Of a stretch of DNA of 64,000 nucleotides, positions 41,023 through 51,833 are shown piece after piece. The first letter of the stretch is position 1, and the number at the start of each line of letters is the position of its first letter. This DNA is from Candidatus Kerfeldbacteria bacterium (GTDB taxonomy: Bacteria > Patescibacteriota > Patescibacteriia > UBA9570 > XYC2-FULL-38-9): positions 532,753-596,752 of the forward strand of contig JACPGJ010000008.1 in NCBI GenBank assembly GCA_016182555.1, read 5' to 3'. The position numbers were made by a program, and so were the translations under genes. A model generated the notes under the pieces. That model saw only the letters and a program-made list of their open reading frames with translations. It searched no databases and was not told the origin of the DNA.

Positions 41023-42381
41023 TCAGACAAAAAAACTGACTAAGCGGGGGGTAAGATAGAATGGGACAGATAACAATTGATACACTTTTCCTGCAATACG
41101 CATATCCTGCATCTGTAGCGGCTCACGAGAAACACGAACCAATTGATGTTCCGCCGTTTCCTCCGCAAAACGATGCAGTGAACGTAATTTCATTGCGCTT
41201 CCTGATTTCACTTCAAGACCCACAATACTGCCTTGATAGGCAAAACAAAAATCAAGTTCGGCGGAGGATTCCATTTTTGATTTTCCCCAATAGTATAATG
41301 CGAGCGGCTCATGCATACCTTGGGCGATCAGTTGCTGACCAACCACTTGCTCTGCTATGCGACCACGATAAAATTCGTGGAGGTCTTTGAGGTGCACATA
41401 CTGTGCCTGAATGCCCGAACGATAGTTGACTAATCCTACATCCAAAAAGAGTAATTTTTTTACTCGCTTTTGCTGTGCAATCAGGGGCAACTGAATAGAT
41501 TGCGTGGCTGAAATCTGTGAAAGGATCATGGCACGATTCAGTGTTTCAAACGCAAATCGTAAATCGCGACTGTGATAGAGTTGCTGCCCAAATTTTTCAT
41601 AGGTCGTTGTAGCGCCAGCAAAAAGAGGAGACTGATCAATCACATATTGCAGGTACCGTGCTTGCGCTTGGCCCGCGTATTTATACACATCTTCTGCGTA
41701 GGTGGTCAGTAAACTGCTATAGATCGTTTGCACATCAGAGACACTCCGTGACTGCATATACGCGCGCACCACTTCCGGCATACCGCCAATCATGGTGTAT
41801 TCATAAAACTGTTGCAACGCAATGTGATGCAACGGTGCACTTATTGTGCTGCCCATATCCACGGATCGTAAAAAATCGAGCAGTTGCGTCTCGCCTTTGG
41901 CTTGTAAATATTCAAAAAAATCGAGTGGGTACATGTATAAATATTCCACTCGTCCAACCGGTAAGGACAGCCCCTCGCGCATCATTTTTGCTTCTAATAA
42001 AGAACCGGCGGCAATCACATGTAACTCTGGGCGTTGTTCATAAAAAAATCGCAACAATTGTAAAAGATCTGCACTTTCCTGAATTTCATCAATGAACAGA
42101 AGGGTCTTCCCCGATATGAGTTTCTTGTTCATTTGAATATCAACAATTTGTTCAAATTCAGTAACGGTCATCGGTTGATTAAACCACCGAAAATGATCGG
42201 CCTGTTCTAGGTTGATATAGACCAAGTCAGCAAATTGCTCTTTCGCAAATTGCACAACAGCAGAAGTCTTTCCTACTTGACGCGCACCTCGAAGTATCAA
42301 TGGTTTATGATTGGGCTTATCTTTCCAATTGAGTAAATAAGGAAATATGTTACGTTTGAACATGGTACCATTCTTAGACAT
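41023..42381 (-). CDS. AAA+ ATPase with a DUF4143-type C-terminal domain (second copy)
   Basis: Walker A GARQVGKTS, Walker B LLFIDEIQ; alternative start at MFKRN (42363). Confidence 0.8.
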   Translation of the reverse strand: MSKNGTMFKRNIFPYLLNWKDKPNHKPLILRGARQVGKTSAVVQFAKEQFADLVYINLEQADHFRWFNQPMTVTEFEQIVDIQMNKKLISGKTLLFIDEIQESADLLQLLRFFYEQRPELHVIAAGSLLEAKMMREGLSLPVGRVEYLYMYPLDFFEYLQAKGETQLLDFLRSVDMGSTISAPLHHIALQQFYEYTMIGGMPEVVRAYMQSRSVSDVQTIYSSLLTTYAEDVYKYAGQAQARYLQYVIDQSPLFAGATTTYEKFGQQLYHSRDLRFAFETLNRAMILSQISATQSIQLPLIAQQKRVKKLLFLDVGLVNYRSGIQAQYVHLKDLHEFYRGRIAEQVVGQQLIAQGMHEPLALYYWGKSKMESSAELDFCFAYQGSIVGLEVKSGSAMKLRSLHRFAEETAEHQLVRVSREPLQMQDMRIAGKVYQLLSVPFYLTPRLVSFFV

Positions 42382-42504
42382 TTATTGTACTAAAATGGTA
42401 CCATTCTTTGTAAAAACTGTCAATACCTATTATTGGCAGTGTTGTTTTCACAAATAAAAAATGGTATAGTGTAATAAGTATAAAATGAATTTAATATAAC
42501 AAAA

Positions 42505-43860
42505 ATGCAGAAAAAAATTGGCGGAATCACTTACTTCCTCTTCGTGACAGCACTGGTTGGCATGGGCACGTTCATGGGAATGGGTTTAGGGGTACCACAA
42601 GGACAAGCTGTAAGCATTGCACCGGAAAATTTGCCGTCGAATGCCGAGGTCACCAATGCAGACACGAGTGGAGATAGCTTCTTTCCCACCGTTGTGGTCA
42701 AAAACGCCGAAGCAGCCACCAATGACAATGATGATGACACAGACGAACAAACACTTGGCGGTTTGTATTTTGCGGCTGGAAACACCCTAGCGTTGAACAA
42801 GAAAACTGAATCCGATGCATTCATGTCCGGGAATACATTGAACATTGATGCAACCGTTGGTGGAGACCTATTTGCTGCTGGCAATACTATTACGGTGAAC
42901 AAAAATATCAATGGTTCTCTTCGCCTGGCCGCAAACACCATTGAGGTGAATAGTCATGTGGCGGGCAATGCTCTCCTGTTTGCAAATACAGTGTATATCA
43001 ATGATGGTGCGGTCATTGATGGTCACGTGAATATTTTTGCTTCGGAAATTATTGTCGCTGGTGTAGTGAAAGGTAAATCTTCATTCGCTGGTGAAACCAT
43101 TGAAGTACGTGGCACGTTAAAGGGTAAAGCACGGTTGTCTGGTGCATCGGTGTCTATTGGAGCAACGGCGGTGTTGGAATCTGGAGTGAGTATTGCCAGT
43201 GCACGTGTGTCGGTCGATGAATCTGCAACCGGAACCGACCACATTACGTACGACCAGTATGACAATCAGGCAAAAAAAATAAAATACGCTGGCGATATTA
43301 ACAATTTCGTTGGATACTATTTCTTCTTTCTTATCTTTGGTATCATCTTCATTGCTCTGCGCCCTCAAGTCGCGCAACGTATTGCAACTACCATGCACAC
43401 AGAACCGGGGCGCACATGGAAGGTAGGGGCTCTCGTATTCTTTTTCACACCATTGGTGGCCATCGTTCTCCTATTCACACTAGTGGGTATTCCATTTTCG
43501 CTCATACTCATGCTCGCGTATGCCCTGTTCTTCCTTTTTGCCAACCTCTTCACCGGTCTTGTTGTTGGACAATTTATTGTGAATAAAGAACGCTTCCGCA
43601 CGAAGAAAAAACAACTCCTGATGTGTTTCATTGTTGGTTTCTTTGTTGTGGTGATCTTGCAACACATTCCATGGATCGGGTGGATCTTTAGTATACTCGC
43701 GAGCATCTGGGGTATGGGTGGTGTCTTAGTAGACAGAAAAAAAACGAAACACGAAACCTCGGTGAAAACCGTAGCAGCACAACCGGCTCTTGCAGCAACC
43801 GCAAAACCGAAGAAGAAAAAGAAAAGCGCACCCAGAAAGAAAAAAATTGCTAATGCATAA
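42505..43860 (+). CDS. membrane protein with extracytoplasmic bactofilin-like beta-helical repeats and a poly-Lys tail
   Basis: Signal/TM; repeated FAAGNTITVN / LAANTIEVN / LFANTVYIN segments; four TM helices; C-terminus KPKKKKKSAPRKKK. Confidence 0.55.
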   Translation: MQKKIGGITYFLFVTALVGMGTFMGMGLGVPQGQAVSIAPENLPSNAEVTNADTSGDSFFPTVVVKNAEAATNDNDDDTDEQTLGGLYFAAGNTLALNKKTESDAFMSGNTLNIDATVGGDLFAAGNTITVNKNINGSLRLAANTIEVNSHVAGNALLFANTVYINDGAVIDGHVNIFASEIIVAGVVKGKSSFAGETIEVRGTLKGKARLSGASVSIGATAVLESGVSIASARVSVDESATGTDHITYDQYDNQAKKIKYAGDINNFVGYYFFFLIFGIIFIALRPQVAQRIATTMHTEPGRTWKVGALVFFFTPLVAIVLLFTLVGIPFSLILMLAYALFFLFANLFTGLVVGQFIVNKERFRTKKKQLLMCFIVGFFVVVILQHIPWIGWIFSILASIWGMGGVLVDRKKTKHETSVKTVAAQPALAATAKPKKKKKSAPRKKKIANA

Positions 43861-43869
43861 ATAATCACC

Positions 43870-45240
43870 ATGAGTACTGAATCCATTTTTAAAGCCTACG
43901 ATATTCGGGGGATATATCAGGAAGAATTAACAGAAGATGTGGCGCTGCGCTCTGCGCGTGCGTTTGCTACACGTATTCAAAAAGAAGAAGGACGAGAGGA
44001 TTTAACCTTTGTGGTTGGCCAAGATATGCGTTTGTCTTCGCCGGCGCTGCAAGCCGCAGTCGTTGAAGGATTAACCAAACAAGGAGTGAACGTCGTAGAT
44101 ATTGGATTAGTTTCTACGCCCGCATTCTATTTTGGTGTAGCCAAATTTGGTTACGATGGTGGAATCATGATTACGGCTTCGCACAACCCTGGCGAATATA
44201 ACGGTTTGAAAATGGTTCGGCGTGGTGCCGCGCCAGTGAGTCGCGAGAGCGGTATTATGGAAATGAAAGAGATGGTGTGTACTGGTACGGCGTTTACGGA
44301 TGCAACAACGGGAGGTACCGTGACGAAGCGCAACGATATTGTGGCAGCGCATGTGGCGGAAGGCATTCAGTTTGCTCATGCCGGAACTATTCGTCCCTTG
44401 AAGGTAGTCGCCGATTGCGCGAACAGTATGGGTGCCACATACATTCGTGAATTATTTCACCATTTGCCGTGCACGCTCATTGAAATGAATTTTGAACTCG
44501 ATGGTTCATTTCCGGCACATGAAGCCGACCCATTTAAAGAAGAAAATAACCGTGATTTGATGAAACGTATTGTGGCTGAAGATGCTGATTTAGGCATTGC
44601 CACAGACGGTGATGGTGACCGCATTTTCTTTTTTGATAACACCGGTGCAATGATTGAACCCGCAATTGTGCGTGGACTGCTTGCCCAAATTTTCTTACGC
44701 GAATTCCCAGCCGCAACGATTTGTTATGATATTCGCCCAGGCCGAGTGACACGAGATATGATTGAAGAAGCAGGAGGACGCGCAGTCGTGACCCGCGTGG
44801 GGCATTCGCTGATAAAAGATGTGGCCATACGCGAGGGCGCGGTGTTTGCGGGTGAATCTTCCGGTCATTTATTTGTCAAAATGCCGCACGGCATGTTTGA
44901 AGCACCAGAAATTGTGACATTGAAATTATTAGAATATTTTAGTGCATCGGCGAAATCTGTGGCGGAACAAGTAGCGCCGTATCGCCGCTATGTCCATTCG
45001 GGAGAAATCAATTCACGCGTGGAAGATCCTGCGGCAATGATGAACAAAATAATGGAAGCCTATAGCCCTGCTGCCGAATCAACTTCTACGCTCGATGGTA
45101 TGAGCATTGAATACCCAAAATTTTGGTTTAATGTACGTCCGTCTAATACCGAACCACTGCTACGTTTGAATTTGGAAGCCGTAGATGCGAATACTTGTAA
45201 AGCAAAAACCGAAGAAATATTGAACATGATTCGCTCATGA
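43870..45240 (+). CDS. phosphoglucomutase/phosphomannomutase family protein
   Basis: Active-site GIMITASHNPGEYNGLK and Mg-binding DGDGDR. Confidence 0.9.
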   Translation: MSTESIFKAYDIRGIYQEELTEDVALRSARAFATRIQKEEGREDLTFVVGQDMRLSSPALQAAVVEGLTKQGVNVVDIGLVSTPAFYFGVAKFGYDGGIMITASHNPGEYNGLKMVRRGAAPVSRESGIMEMKEMVCTGTAFTDATTGGTVTKRNDIVAAHVAEGIQFAHAGTIRPLKVVADCANSMGATYIRELFHHLPCTLIEMNFELDGSFPAHEADPFKEENNRDLMKRIVAEDADLGIATDGDGDRIFFFDNTGAMIEPAIVRGLLAQIFLREFPAATICYDIRPGRVTRDMIEEAGGRAVVTRVGHSLIKDVAIREGAVFAGESSGHLFVKMPHGMFEAPEIVTLKLLEYFSASAKSVAEQVAPYRRYVHSGEINSRVEDPAAMMNKIMEAYSPAAESTSTLDGMSIEYPKFWFNVRPSNTEPLLRLNLEAVDANTCKAKTEEILNMIRS

Positions 45241-46781
45241 AGGCAGACCGTCCACTCGTATTACTCATTCTCGATGGCTGGGGATTAGCGCCAGCTGATG
45301 AACATAATGCGATTACCCTTGCAAAAACGCCAATCATAAAACGGCTCATGCAAGAATACACCTGGACGGCAATTGGCGCTGCTGGCGAAGCCATTGGTTT
45401 GGCACCTGGCCACCAAGGATCGACGGAAATTGGTCATCTCATTATGAGCGCTGGACGAAATGTATTGTTGCCCCAGTTGCAAATTCGTGCAGCGTTGAAT
45501 GCCAGCAACGTTGGTGAAATACCGGCGTACAAGGAAGCAATGGCGCATGTTCGAAAAAACGGTACGCGCTTGCATTTGATCGGGTTGCTTTCAAATGCTG
45601 GAGTGCATTCCTATGATGAATTGTGCCATGAATTGATTCGTGCCGCTGCTCGCGCCGGTTTGAAACGTGAACAGGTGTTGATTCATATTTTTGCGGATGG
45701 TCGCGACACGCCTCCACATTCATTGCCTGAACATGTTGCACGATTGCAAGCAGTAATGAATGAAACTCATGTCGGTGTTATTGCATCATTGCAAGGACGG
45801 GTTTTTCCGATGGACAGAGACCACCGCTGGGAACGAGTTAAAGCAGCCTATCGTTTGCTGACAGAAGGAACTGGAATACGTAGTGCAAAAAATATTGAAG
45901 AAGCGATACGCCTTGCACGCACGGCAAATGAAAACGATGAGGTGATTTCGCCAACCAGTATTGTTGCCGATGGCGTGATACGTGATACTGACGCAGTGAT
46001 TAATTTTAATTATCGGGTTGACCGTGAAATAGAAATTACGCAAGCACTTGTTGAAACAGATTTTCAAGCATTTCCGCGTATAGTATGGCCCCAAATGCAC
46101 TATGTCGCAACTCTCCCCTACTATGCCGGAATGCCAACCACCGCGGCGTTTGAACGCCACGAGTTGTCGATGAATAATATTCTGCCAGAAGTATTGAGTG
46201 CGCATGGTCTAACGCAATACCGCGTTACCGAAACAGAAAAATGGGCGTATGTCACAAAAATTTTTAATGGCATGCGTGAAGAAACATTCATTGGTGAAAC
46301 ACGACACCTGATTCCTTCCGATAAAATTGATCGTTTTGATCGAAAACCCGAAATGAAAGCCCGAGAGATTGCTGCAGATATTGTTGAGCAGTTGCGTATG
46401 CAAAAATACGACGTGACGATTTCTAATATTTGTAATGCCGATATGGTTGGGCATACCGGGAACCTGGAAGCAACCATCCGTGCCTGTGAAGCGGTGGATA
46501 GCGCGGTAGGAATGATTTACGAAAAAATAAAAAAACAAAACGGGGTGCTGATGATTACCGCGGACCATGGCAATGCGGAACATTTGTGGGATCATAAAAA
46601 TGATACACACCACACGCAGCACACCACAAACCAGGTACCCTGTATTTTGGCAGATACTTCAGGCGTGAAACGACAACTACGAAACAATGGCGCATTAAAA
46701 GATATTGCCCCGACTATTTTACAACTGCTGCATATTCCACAACCACCAGAAATGAGTGGTTCTTCACTTATTCGTGACTAA
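45237..46781 (+). CDS. gpmI: 2,3-bisphosphoglycerate-independent phosphoglycerate mutase
   Basis: N-terminus PLVLLILDGWGLAP, 514 aa. Confidence 0.92.
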   Translation: MKADRPLVLLILDGWGLAPADEHNAITLAKTPIIKRLMQEYTWTAIGAAGEAIGLAPGHQGSTEIGHLIMSAGRNVLLPQLQIRAALNASNVGEIPAYKEAMAHVRKNGTRLHLIGLLSNAGVHSYDELCHELIRAAARAGLKREQVLIHIFADGRDTPPHSLPEHVARLQAVMNETHVGVIASLQGRVFPMDRDHRWERVKAAYRLLTEGTGIRSAKNIEEAIRLARTANENDEVISPTSIVADGVIRDTDAVINFNYRVDREIEITQALVETDFQAFPRIVWPQMHYVATLPYYAGMPTTAAFERHELSMNNILPEVLSAHGLTQYRVTETEKWAYVTKIFNGMREETFIGETRHLIPSDKIDRFDRKPEMKAREIAADIVEQLRMQKYDVTISNICNADMVGHTGNLEATIRACEAVDSAVGMIYEKIKKQNGVLMITADHGNAEHLWDHKNDTHHTQHTTNQVPCILADTSGVKRQLRNNGALKDIAPTILQLLHIPQPPEMSGSSLIRD

Positions 46782-46812
46782 GAGCCACTATCTCCTTATG
46801 CACAGGCTCCCG

Positions 46813-49536
46813 CTATTTCTTTTCTTCTGACTGTGGTACAGAAAGCAAATGCATAATCGCATCTCTTGCAGATATTCCAAGAAAAACTCGATGTTTTTTA
46901 TCCGGTGTTTCCCCAACTCCATTGCGCATCACCAACGGATGACGTACTGAAGAAGACGGCACATACGTCATTGTTGGTCGCCATGGATCTCCGACGGTAT
47001 TCAAGCGTGTATCTGGATGAGTGGTTTGAATGCCGTAAATTTTTTCCTCATCCTTCTGGCGACGATCATGAATCTCTGTTTGTCGACGTTCCCAGCGCGT
47101 GCGCGCTTCTTCTGTAGAAAGATATTTTGCTTCAAAACGATGTTGATATTCCTCCTGTTCTAATTGTGAGTAGCGTTCAATGAGATGTTGACGTAATTCC
47201 ACCGAAATACTCGGTAGACCTTCTGGACGGCGCTGCCCTTTCGCACTCAACAGATCCATCAAAATATGCCGTGCGGTGGCACGATGCGCATCTTCTTTGA
47301 GCAACGCACGCTGCAGAAGCACCTGCTGTTTATCGTTCAATTCCATTTCCGTAAACCTTGGCTCTTGTATTAAACGCTCCCATGCCGCTTGCCGAGATGC
47401 ACGCACGAGCGGAATATCCGTCTCTCGCCAGTGCGGAACATGTTCGATACGCAGCGCTGGTACCTCTTCTCCTCTTGGCCCCTTCTGCAACTCAATATCA
47501 ATAATTTCTTGTTGTGGCTCTGTGTTCGATTGGTCTGGGCGTTGTTCTGGCCCAATCACTACATAGCGATGATGAAATTTTCGCGTACGCGGTTTACGGG
47601 GTGGGTATAATGGTTTGTCTGTTGGTTCTTTGGAAGCATCAGTGTCTCCTCCTTCAGCTGGTTTTGAATGTTTTTTCTCTGGTTTAGCCAAGTCTTCTCC
47701 AACAACAGAGAGCGGCGCATACAATGAGGTCATATCATGCGCTTCAGCTATACACAATGCACGTATCACTGCGGCCAAATCTTTATGCTCTTCTGGAATG
47801 GATTCCGCAATTTGTAAATCTTGATTCAAGTGCCATTCAAAAACACTGTTCTCTCCCACACACGTGACGGTCATGGCTGGTTTATGATCAGTATCAATCG
47901 CTAAATGAACACGACACGATGGTGATAATGTAAATTCCGCTTTTTTCCATGAAAGTGCACGAAAACTGGGAACTTCTCGTATATCCGAAGCTAGGGCATC
48001 TACAATGGTATCAAATTGTTCGCGCCGGTGTTCTGGAATACGAGGTAATTCCGGTAAACCTTCTTGCGGATTGCGATCCCACTTGGTTTCTGTGACCACC
48101 TGCTGAATTGCACGACCTTTTGCATCTTGTTCACACCACTGTTCTGGTAACATGCCTATTTCAGGGCGTGGTTGATATACAGCAAGCTCATTCAATTTTT
48201 GTAATCCAAATGCATACAAGCCAGAGCTATTCATTCTGCGTGAGTGGAGATCTGTATATCCGCGCATATGCAATAAGTAGGTTGCAACTGCCTGGGTCGC
48301 TTCTGCACCATAAACATCATCAATCTGTTCAAATATAGTACGTATCAACCCTGCCTGCTCATCAAGCATCGGCGCACCTAGCATCAATTCTGGAACGGTA
48401 TAAAAATGTTGACCTGCAGCACCAGCATAATATGCATGATACCCTCTCATGGCTTGCAATAATGCATGCGGTAAACGCGAATGAAATAAATTTTTTCGGA
48501 GGATTCTTTCTGCGGTTGCGTGCTGTGGGTTATTTGTTTCTGCAAGAGCTGCTCCGTATGGTCGTATATCTGTGGTAGGCACGAAGGTAGATAAGCAATC
48601 ATACAAGTGCTGCATCAAGGGAGGAGTAGATATTTTCCTAACACTATCGGCATCAAAAAGCGAAGTATGGGAATTCAATATTTTCAACCGAGCAGCCAAA
48701 TCAGCACGATATTCTTCTTTCAATAATGGATGAGCCGCATATTCTTTCGAACCATAATACACGCTGCCATATTGATTGACCAGGTATTGAGTAATTACTG
48801 GTAATAGTAAACGAATATCAAAAAAAGTATCTATGGGCTTATAGCGCGCAGTGGCATGTAAGGATTCAATGGCTATTCCTGCATGCTCATGGTCGGCAGT
48901 ATCTGGTCGAACTTCACAAATGCGTTTGAGATATGATTCAGGCCGTTGTAAAAATAATTTGATTGGGTGGAATGGTGGAAAACGATCAATACCGACGGCT
49001 GTGTCTTGCTGTGTATGATATATATGTTGTTTACCAAGCTCTGTAGAGAGCATCACCATAGAACCAAGTACTGCACCTTGGACTGCGGGATGATATACAC
49101 GGACACCAACCTCCAAAATGACACGTAACGTAGTGGCTAACTCCGTTATTTGTGCATCGCTCGCAACACTGTCTTTGGTAAACTGTTTATTATAACGATC
49201 AACCTCCGCTTGAATTAATCCGCCAACATCAACTCCACTGTGCATTGCAGAAATTAACCGTTGAATGCGCGGCTCTTCTCGACGAATTAAGGCTTTATCG
49301 ATACGTTGTAATTGTTGTAATAGAGCATCTGGTTTATGTTCTTTCGCCATACGTATCAATATTTTATTACCTGGTAGTATATCAAAAATAATGAATAAAA
49401 TCAAGGTGAGGAGTTGTAACTCCTCACTGGTAGAATCAAAATCACCTATACCTGTAGTGGTGACAGAAAAAAATTTATGCAACGGATTCAAACTATAGCG
49501 CCTGAACTGTTTTAACAAATTGTTTACCGCGTTCAA
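46813..49536 (-). CDS. large hypothetical protein (907 aa)
   Basis: Long uninterrupted ORF with no recognisable motif. The C-terminal third is charged and coiled-coil-like. Its 3' end overlaps the murD stop region by 44 nt. Confidence 0.55.
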   Translation of the reverse strand: MNAVNNLLKQFRRYSLNPLHKFFSVTTTGIGDFDSTSEELQLLTLILFIIFDILPGNKILIRMAKEHKPDALLQQLQRIDKALIRREEPRIQRLISAMHSGVDVGGLIQAEVDRYNKQFTKDSVASDAQITELATTLRVILEVGVRVYHPAVQGAVLGSMVMLSTELGKQHIYHTQQDTAVGIDRFPPFHPIKLFLQRPESYLKRICEVRPDTADHEHAGIAIESLHATARYKPIDTFFDIRLLLPVITQYLVNQYGSVYYGSKEYAAHPLLKEEYRADLAARLKILNSHTSLFDADSVRKISTPPLMQHLYDCLSTFVPTTDIRPYGAALAETNNPQHATAERILRKNLFHSRLPHALLQAMRGYHAYYAGAAGQHFYTVPELMLGAPMLDEQAGLIRTIFEQIDDVYGAEATQAVATYLLHMRGYTDLHSRRMNSSGLYAFGLQKLNELAVYQPRPEIGMLPEQWCEQDAKGRAIQQVVTETKWDRNPQEGLPELPRIPEHRREQFDTIVDALASDIREVPSFRALSWKKAEFTLSPSCRVHLAIDTDHKPAMTVTCVGENSVFEWHLNQDLQIAESIPEEHKDLAAVIRALCIAEAHDMTSLYAPLSVVGEDLAKPEKKHSKPAEGGDTDASKEPTDKPLYPPRKPRTRKFHHRYVVIGPEQRPDQSNTEPQQEIIDIELQKGPRGEEVPALRIEHVPHWRETDIPLVRASRQAAWERLIQEPRFTEMELNDKQQVLLQRALLKEDAHRATARHILMDLLSAKGQRRPEGLPSISVELRQHLIERYSQLEQEEYQHRFEAKYLSTEEARTRWERRQTEIHDRRQKDEEKIYGIQTTHPDTRLNTVGDPWRPTMTYVPSSSVRHPLVMRNGVGETPDKKHRVFLGISARDAIMHLLSVPQSEEKK

Positions 49537-50842
49537 ATTCGTTCATTTTTGGTAACCAGGTGCAACCCGGTGAAAGCATAACAATATCTCCGCGTTTTGC
49601 TACTTGCGCAGCGTATGCAACCGCTTCATCCATTTCTGCTGCTTCCATATATCGTGTTTTTGGTAATACCTTTCTGAATACATCATTTGCATTTCCTTCC
49701 AACAGAATCATGAGTTTCGTTTTTTTTGCAACAAGTTGAGCCAGTGGACGCAAATCCAACCCTTTCGAATTTCCACCACCAATCAAAATAATTTTTTTAT
49801 TAAATGCTTGTAGCGCAGCAATAGTGGCATCCGGTGATGTCGCTGTAGTGTCGTTATAGTATTTTACACCGCCTACTTCGCGAATGAATTCCAAACGGTT
49901 TGGCACACCACGGAATGATTTTAACACCCGAACAATTTTTGTATTCGGCACCCCTCCGAGCTTAGCCACAGCCACAGCAGCCAACACATTCAACATATTA
50001 TGTTTTCCGAGCAATTGAATATTCTTCACTGAACATACACGCTTGCCCGCAACAGTAATATAGCCCGCACTCACTACCGCCATATCTTTCGCCAACCGAT
50101 TTCCACCAAACCAACACACGTGTGCCGGTGCATGTTTACCCATTGATCGTGTTTCATGATTTTCCGCATTCAATACAATATATTGATTTGGTTGTTGAAA
50201 TTTCCAAATCCGTTCTTTGTCTTTTTGGTAGTGCTGCATCGAACGATATCTGTTCAAATGGTCAGGCAAAATATTCGTCACGACAGCGATGTCCAGCTGC
50301 GGTTGTAAATTATGCAACATCCACGAAGAGAGTTCGAGAACGGTGATGTCACCTTCGCGCATGGTATCTACAAACTGCAATGGCGACACGCCAATATTTC
50401 CACCAAAAAATGTATGCGACGAATGCGCTTTCAATAATTCATATATCAACGTCGTTGTGGTGCTTTTTCCTCGCGTTCCGGTCACACCAATCACCACGCC
50501 TTCTGGTTTGAATGCCAAAAACAGTCCAATATCATTGGTAATCTCTTTGCCCAATCTGTGCGCATATTGCATCATTTCGGAATCATCTGGCACTCCAGGA
50601 TTCTTCACAATGAGATCCGCCCGTTCAATATCCCGCAGGGCATGCTTCCCTAAACGTAGTTCAATTTTGCGGTATTTTTTTAGTTGACGAACAGTTTTAG
50701 GAATCTGCTCTGCGGTTTTCAAATCCGTCACAATCACTTTTTTTGCTCCACGCTTCACACAAAACAAAGCTGCAGAAACACCGCTCCCCTGTTCATACCC
50801 GCCAAGACCGAGAATGAGGATCGTCTTATTACGTATCTCCAT
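49493..50842 (-). CDS. murD: UDP-N-acetylmuramoylalanine--D-glutamate ligase
   Basis: Mur-ligase motif GVTGTRGKSTTT, 449 aa. Confidence 0.9.
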   Translation of the reverse strand: MEIRNKTILILGLGGYEQGSGVSAALFCVKRGAKKVIVTDLKTAEQIPKTVRQLKKYRKIELRLGKHALRDIERADLIVKNPGVPDDSEMMQYAHRLGKEITNDIGLFLAFKPEGVVIGVTGTRGKSTTTTLIYELLKAHSSHTFFGGNIGVSPLQFVDTMREGDITVLELSSWMLHNLQPQLDIAVVTNILPDHLNRYRSMQHYQKDKERIWKFQQPNQYIVLNAENHETRSMGKHAPAHVCWFGGNRLAKDMAVVSAGYITVAGKRVCSVKNIQLLGKHNMLNVLAAVAVAKLGGVPNTKIVRVLKSFRGVPNRLEFIREVGGVKYYNDTTATSPDATIAALQAFNKKIILIGGGNSKGLDLRPLAQLVAKKTKLMILLEGNANDVFRKVLPKTRYMEAAEMDEAVAYAAQVAKRGDIVMLSPGCTWLPKMNEFERGKQFVKTVQAL

Positions 50843-50843
50843 A

Positions 50844-51833
50844 TTAGTACCCTAACCCAACAACATCGTACACTTCTTTGAGTGTTTGTGTGGCAATGGC
50901 CCGCGCACGTTCTGCACCAGCATCTAATACAGCATCTAACTCCCCAGCGTCATTCATATACGTTGCCATTTTTTCTTGAATCGGTGTAATCCATGCCACA
51001 ACGGCTTCACCCAATTCTGTTTTGAAATCGCCATACCCGCGACCAACATATTCTTTCTCCAAATCCGCAATGCTTTTACCTGTCACCACGCTATAAATCG
51101 TTAACAAATTCGTGAGTGCGGGTTTGTCATCACCTGCCCGAACTTCACTTTCTGAATCCGTTACTGCGCGTTTTATTTTTTTACGAATCACATCAGGTGT
51201 GTCCGTAAGAGCGATGGCATTCCATTCACTTTCCGCGCTCTTAGACATTTTTTTGGTTGGATCATCAAGCCCCATAATACGAGCACCCTGTTTTGGTGGA
51301 ACATATTCCGGCACCGTAAAGACTGGCTTGTCGTAATGATTATTAAACCGTTGAGCAAGATTGCGTATCAATTCTATATGTTGTTTCTGATCTTCACCCA
51401 CGGGCACCAACTCAGTTTTGTACAACAACACATCAGCCGCCATGAGCGCCGGGTAAGTAAACAACCCGGCATTGATATTTTGCGCATGCTGTTTAGACTT
51501 ATCTTTGTACTGCGTCATGCGCTCTAACTCTCCCATTTGTGTAAACGTATTCAACACCCAAGCGAGCTCCGCATGTTCCGCCACACTCGACTGCACAAAA
51601 ATACTCGCTTTCTCTGGGTCTACCCCGCACGCCAAATACCCGGCTGCCGTTCTGCGAATAGCAGCACGCAGTTCTTCCGGTTTCTGCCGTACCGTAATAG
51701 CATGTAAATCCACAATACAAAAAAGGCTTTCATAGGAATGTTGTAATTCAATCCATTGCCGTACGGCACCAATATAGTTGCCTAAATGCAAGTGACCCGT
51801 CGGTTGAATGCCAGAAAGAATGCGTTTACTCAT
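50844..51833 (-). CDS. trpS: tryptophan--tRNA ligase
   Basis: HIGH-type motif (TGHLHLGN) and KMSKS. Confidence 0.93.
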   Translation of the reverse strand: MSKRILSGIQPTGHLHLGNYIGAVRQWIELQHSYESLFCIVDLHAITVRQKPEELRAAIRRTAAGYLACGVDPEKASIFVQSSVAEHAELAWVLNTFTQMGELERMTQYKDKSKQHAQNINAGLFTYPALMAADVLLYKTELVPVGEDQKQHIELIRNLAQRFNNHYDKPVFTVPEYVPPKQGARIMGLDDPTKKMSKSAESEWNAIALTDTPDVIRKKIKRAVTDSESEVRAGDDKPALTNLLTIYSVVTGKSIADLEKEYVGRGYGDFKTELGEAVVAWITPIQEKMATYMNDAGELDAVLDAGAERARAIATQTLKEVYDVVGLGY

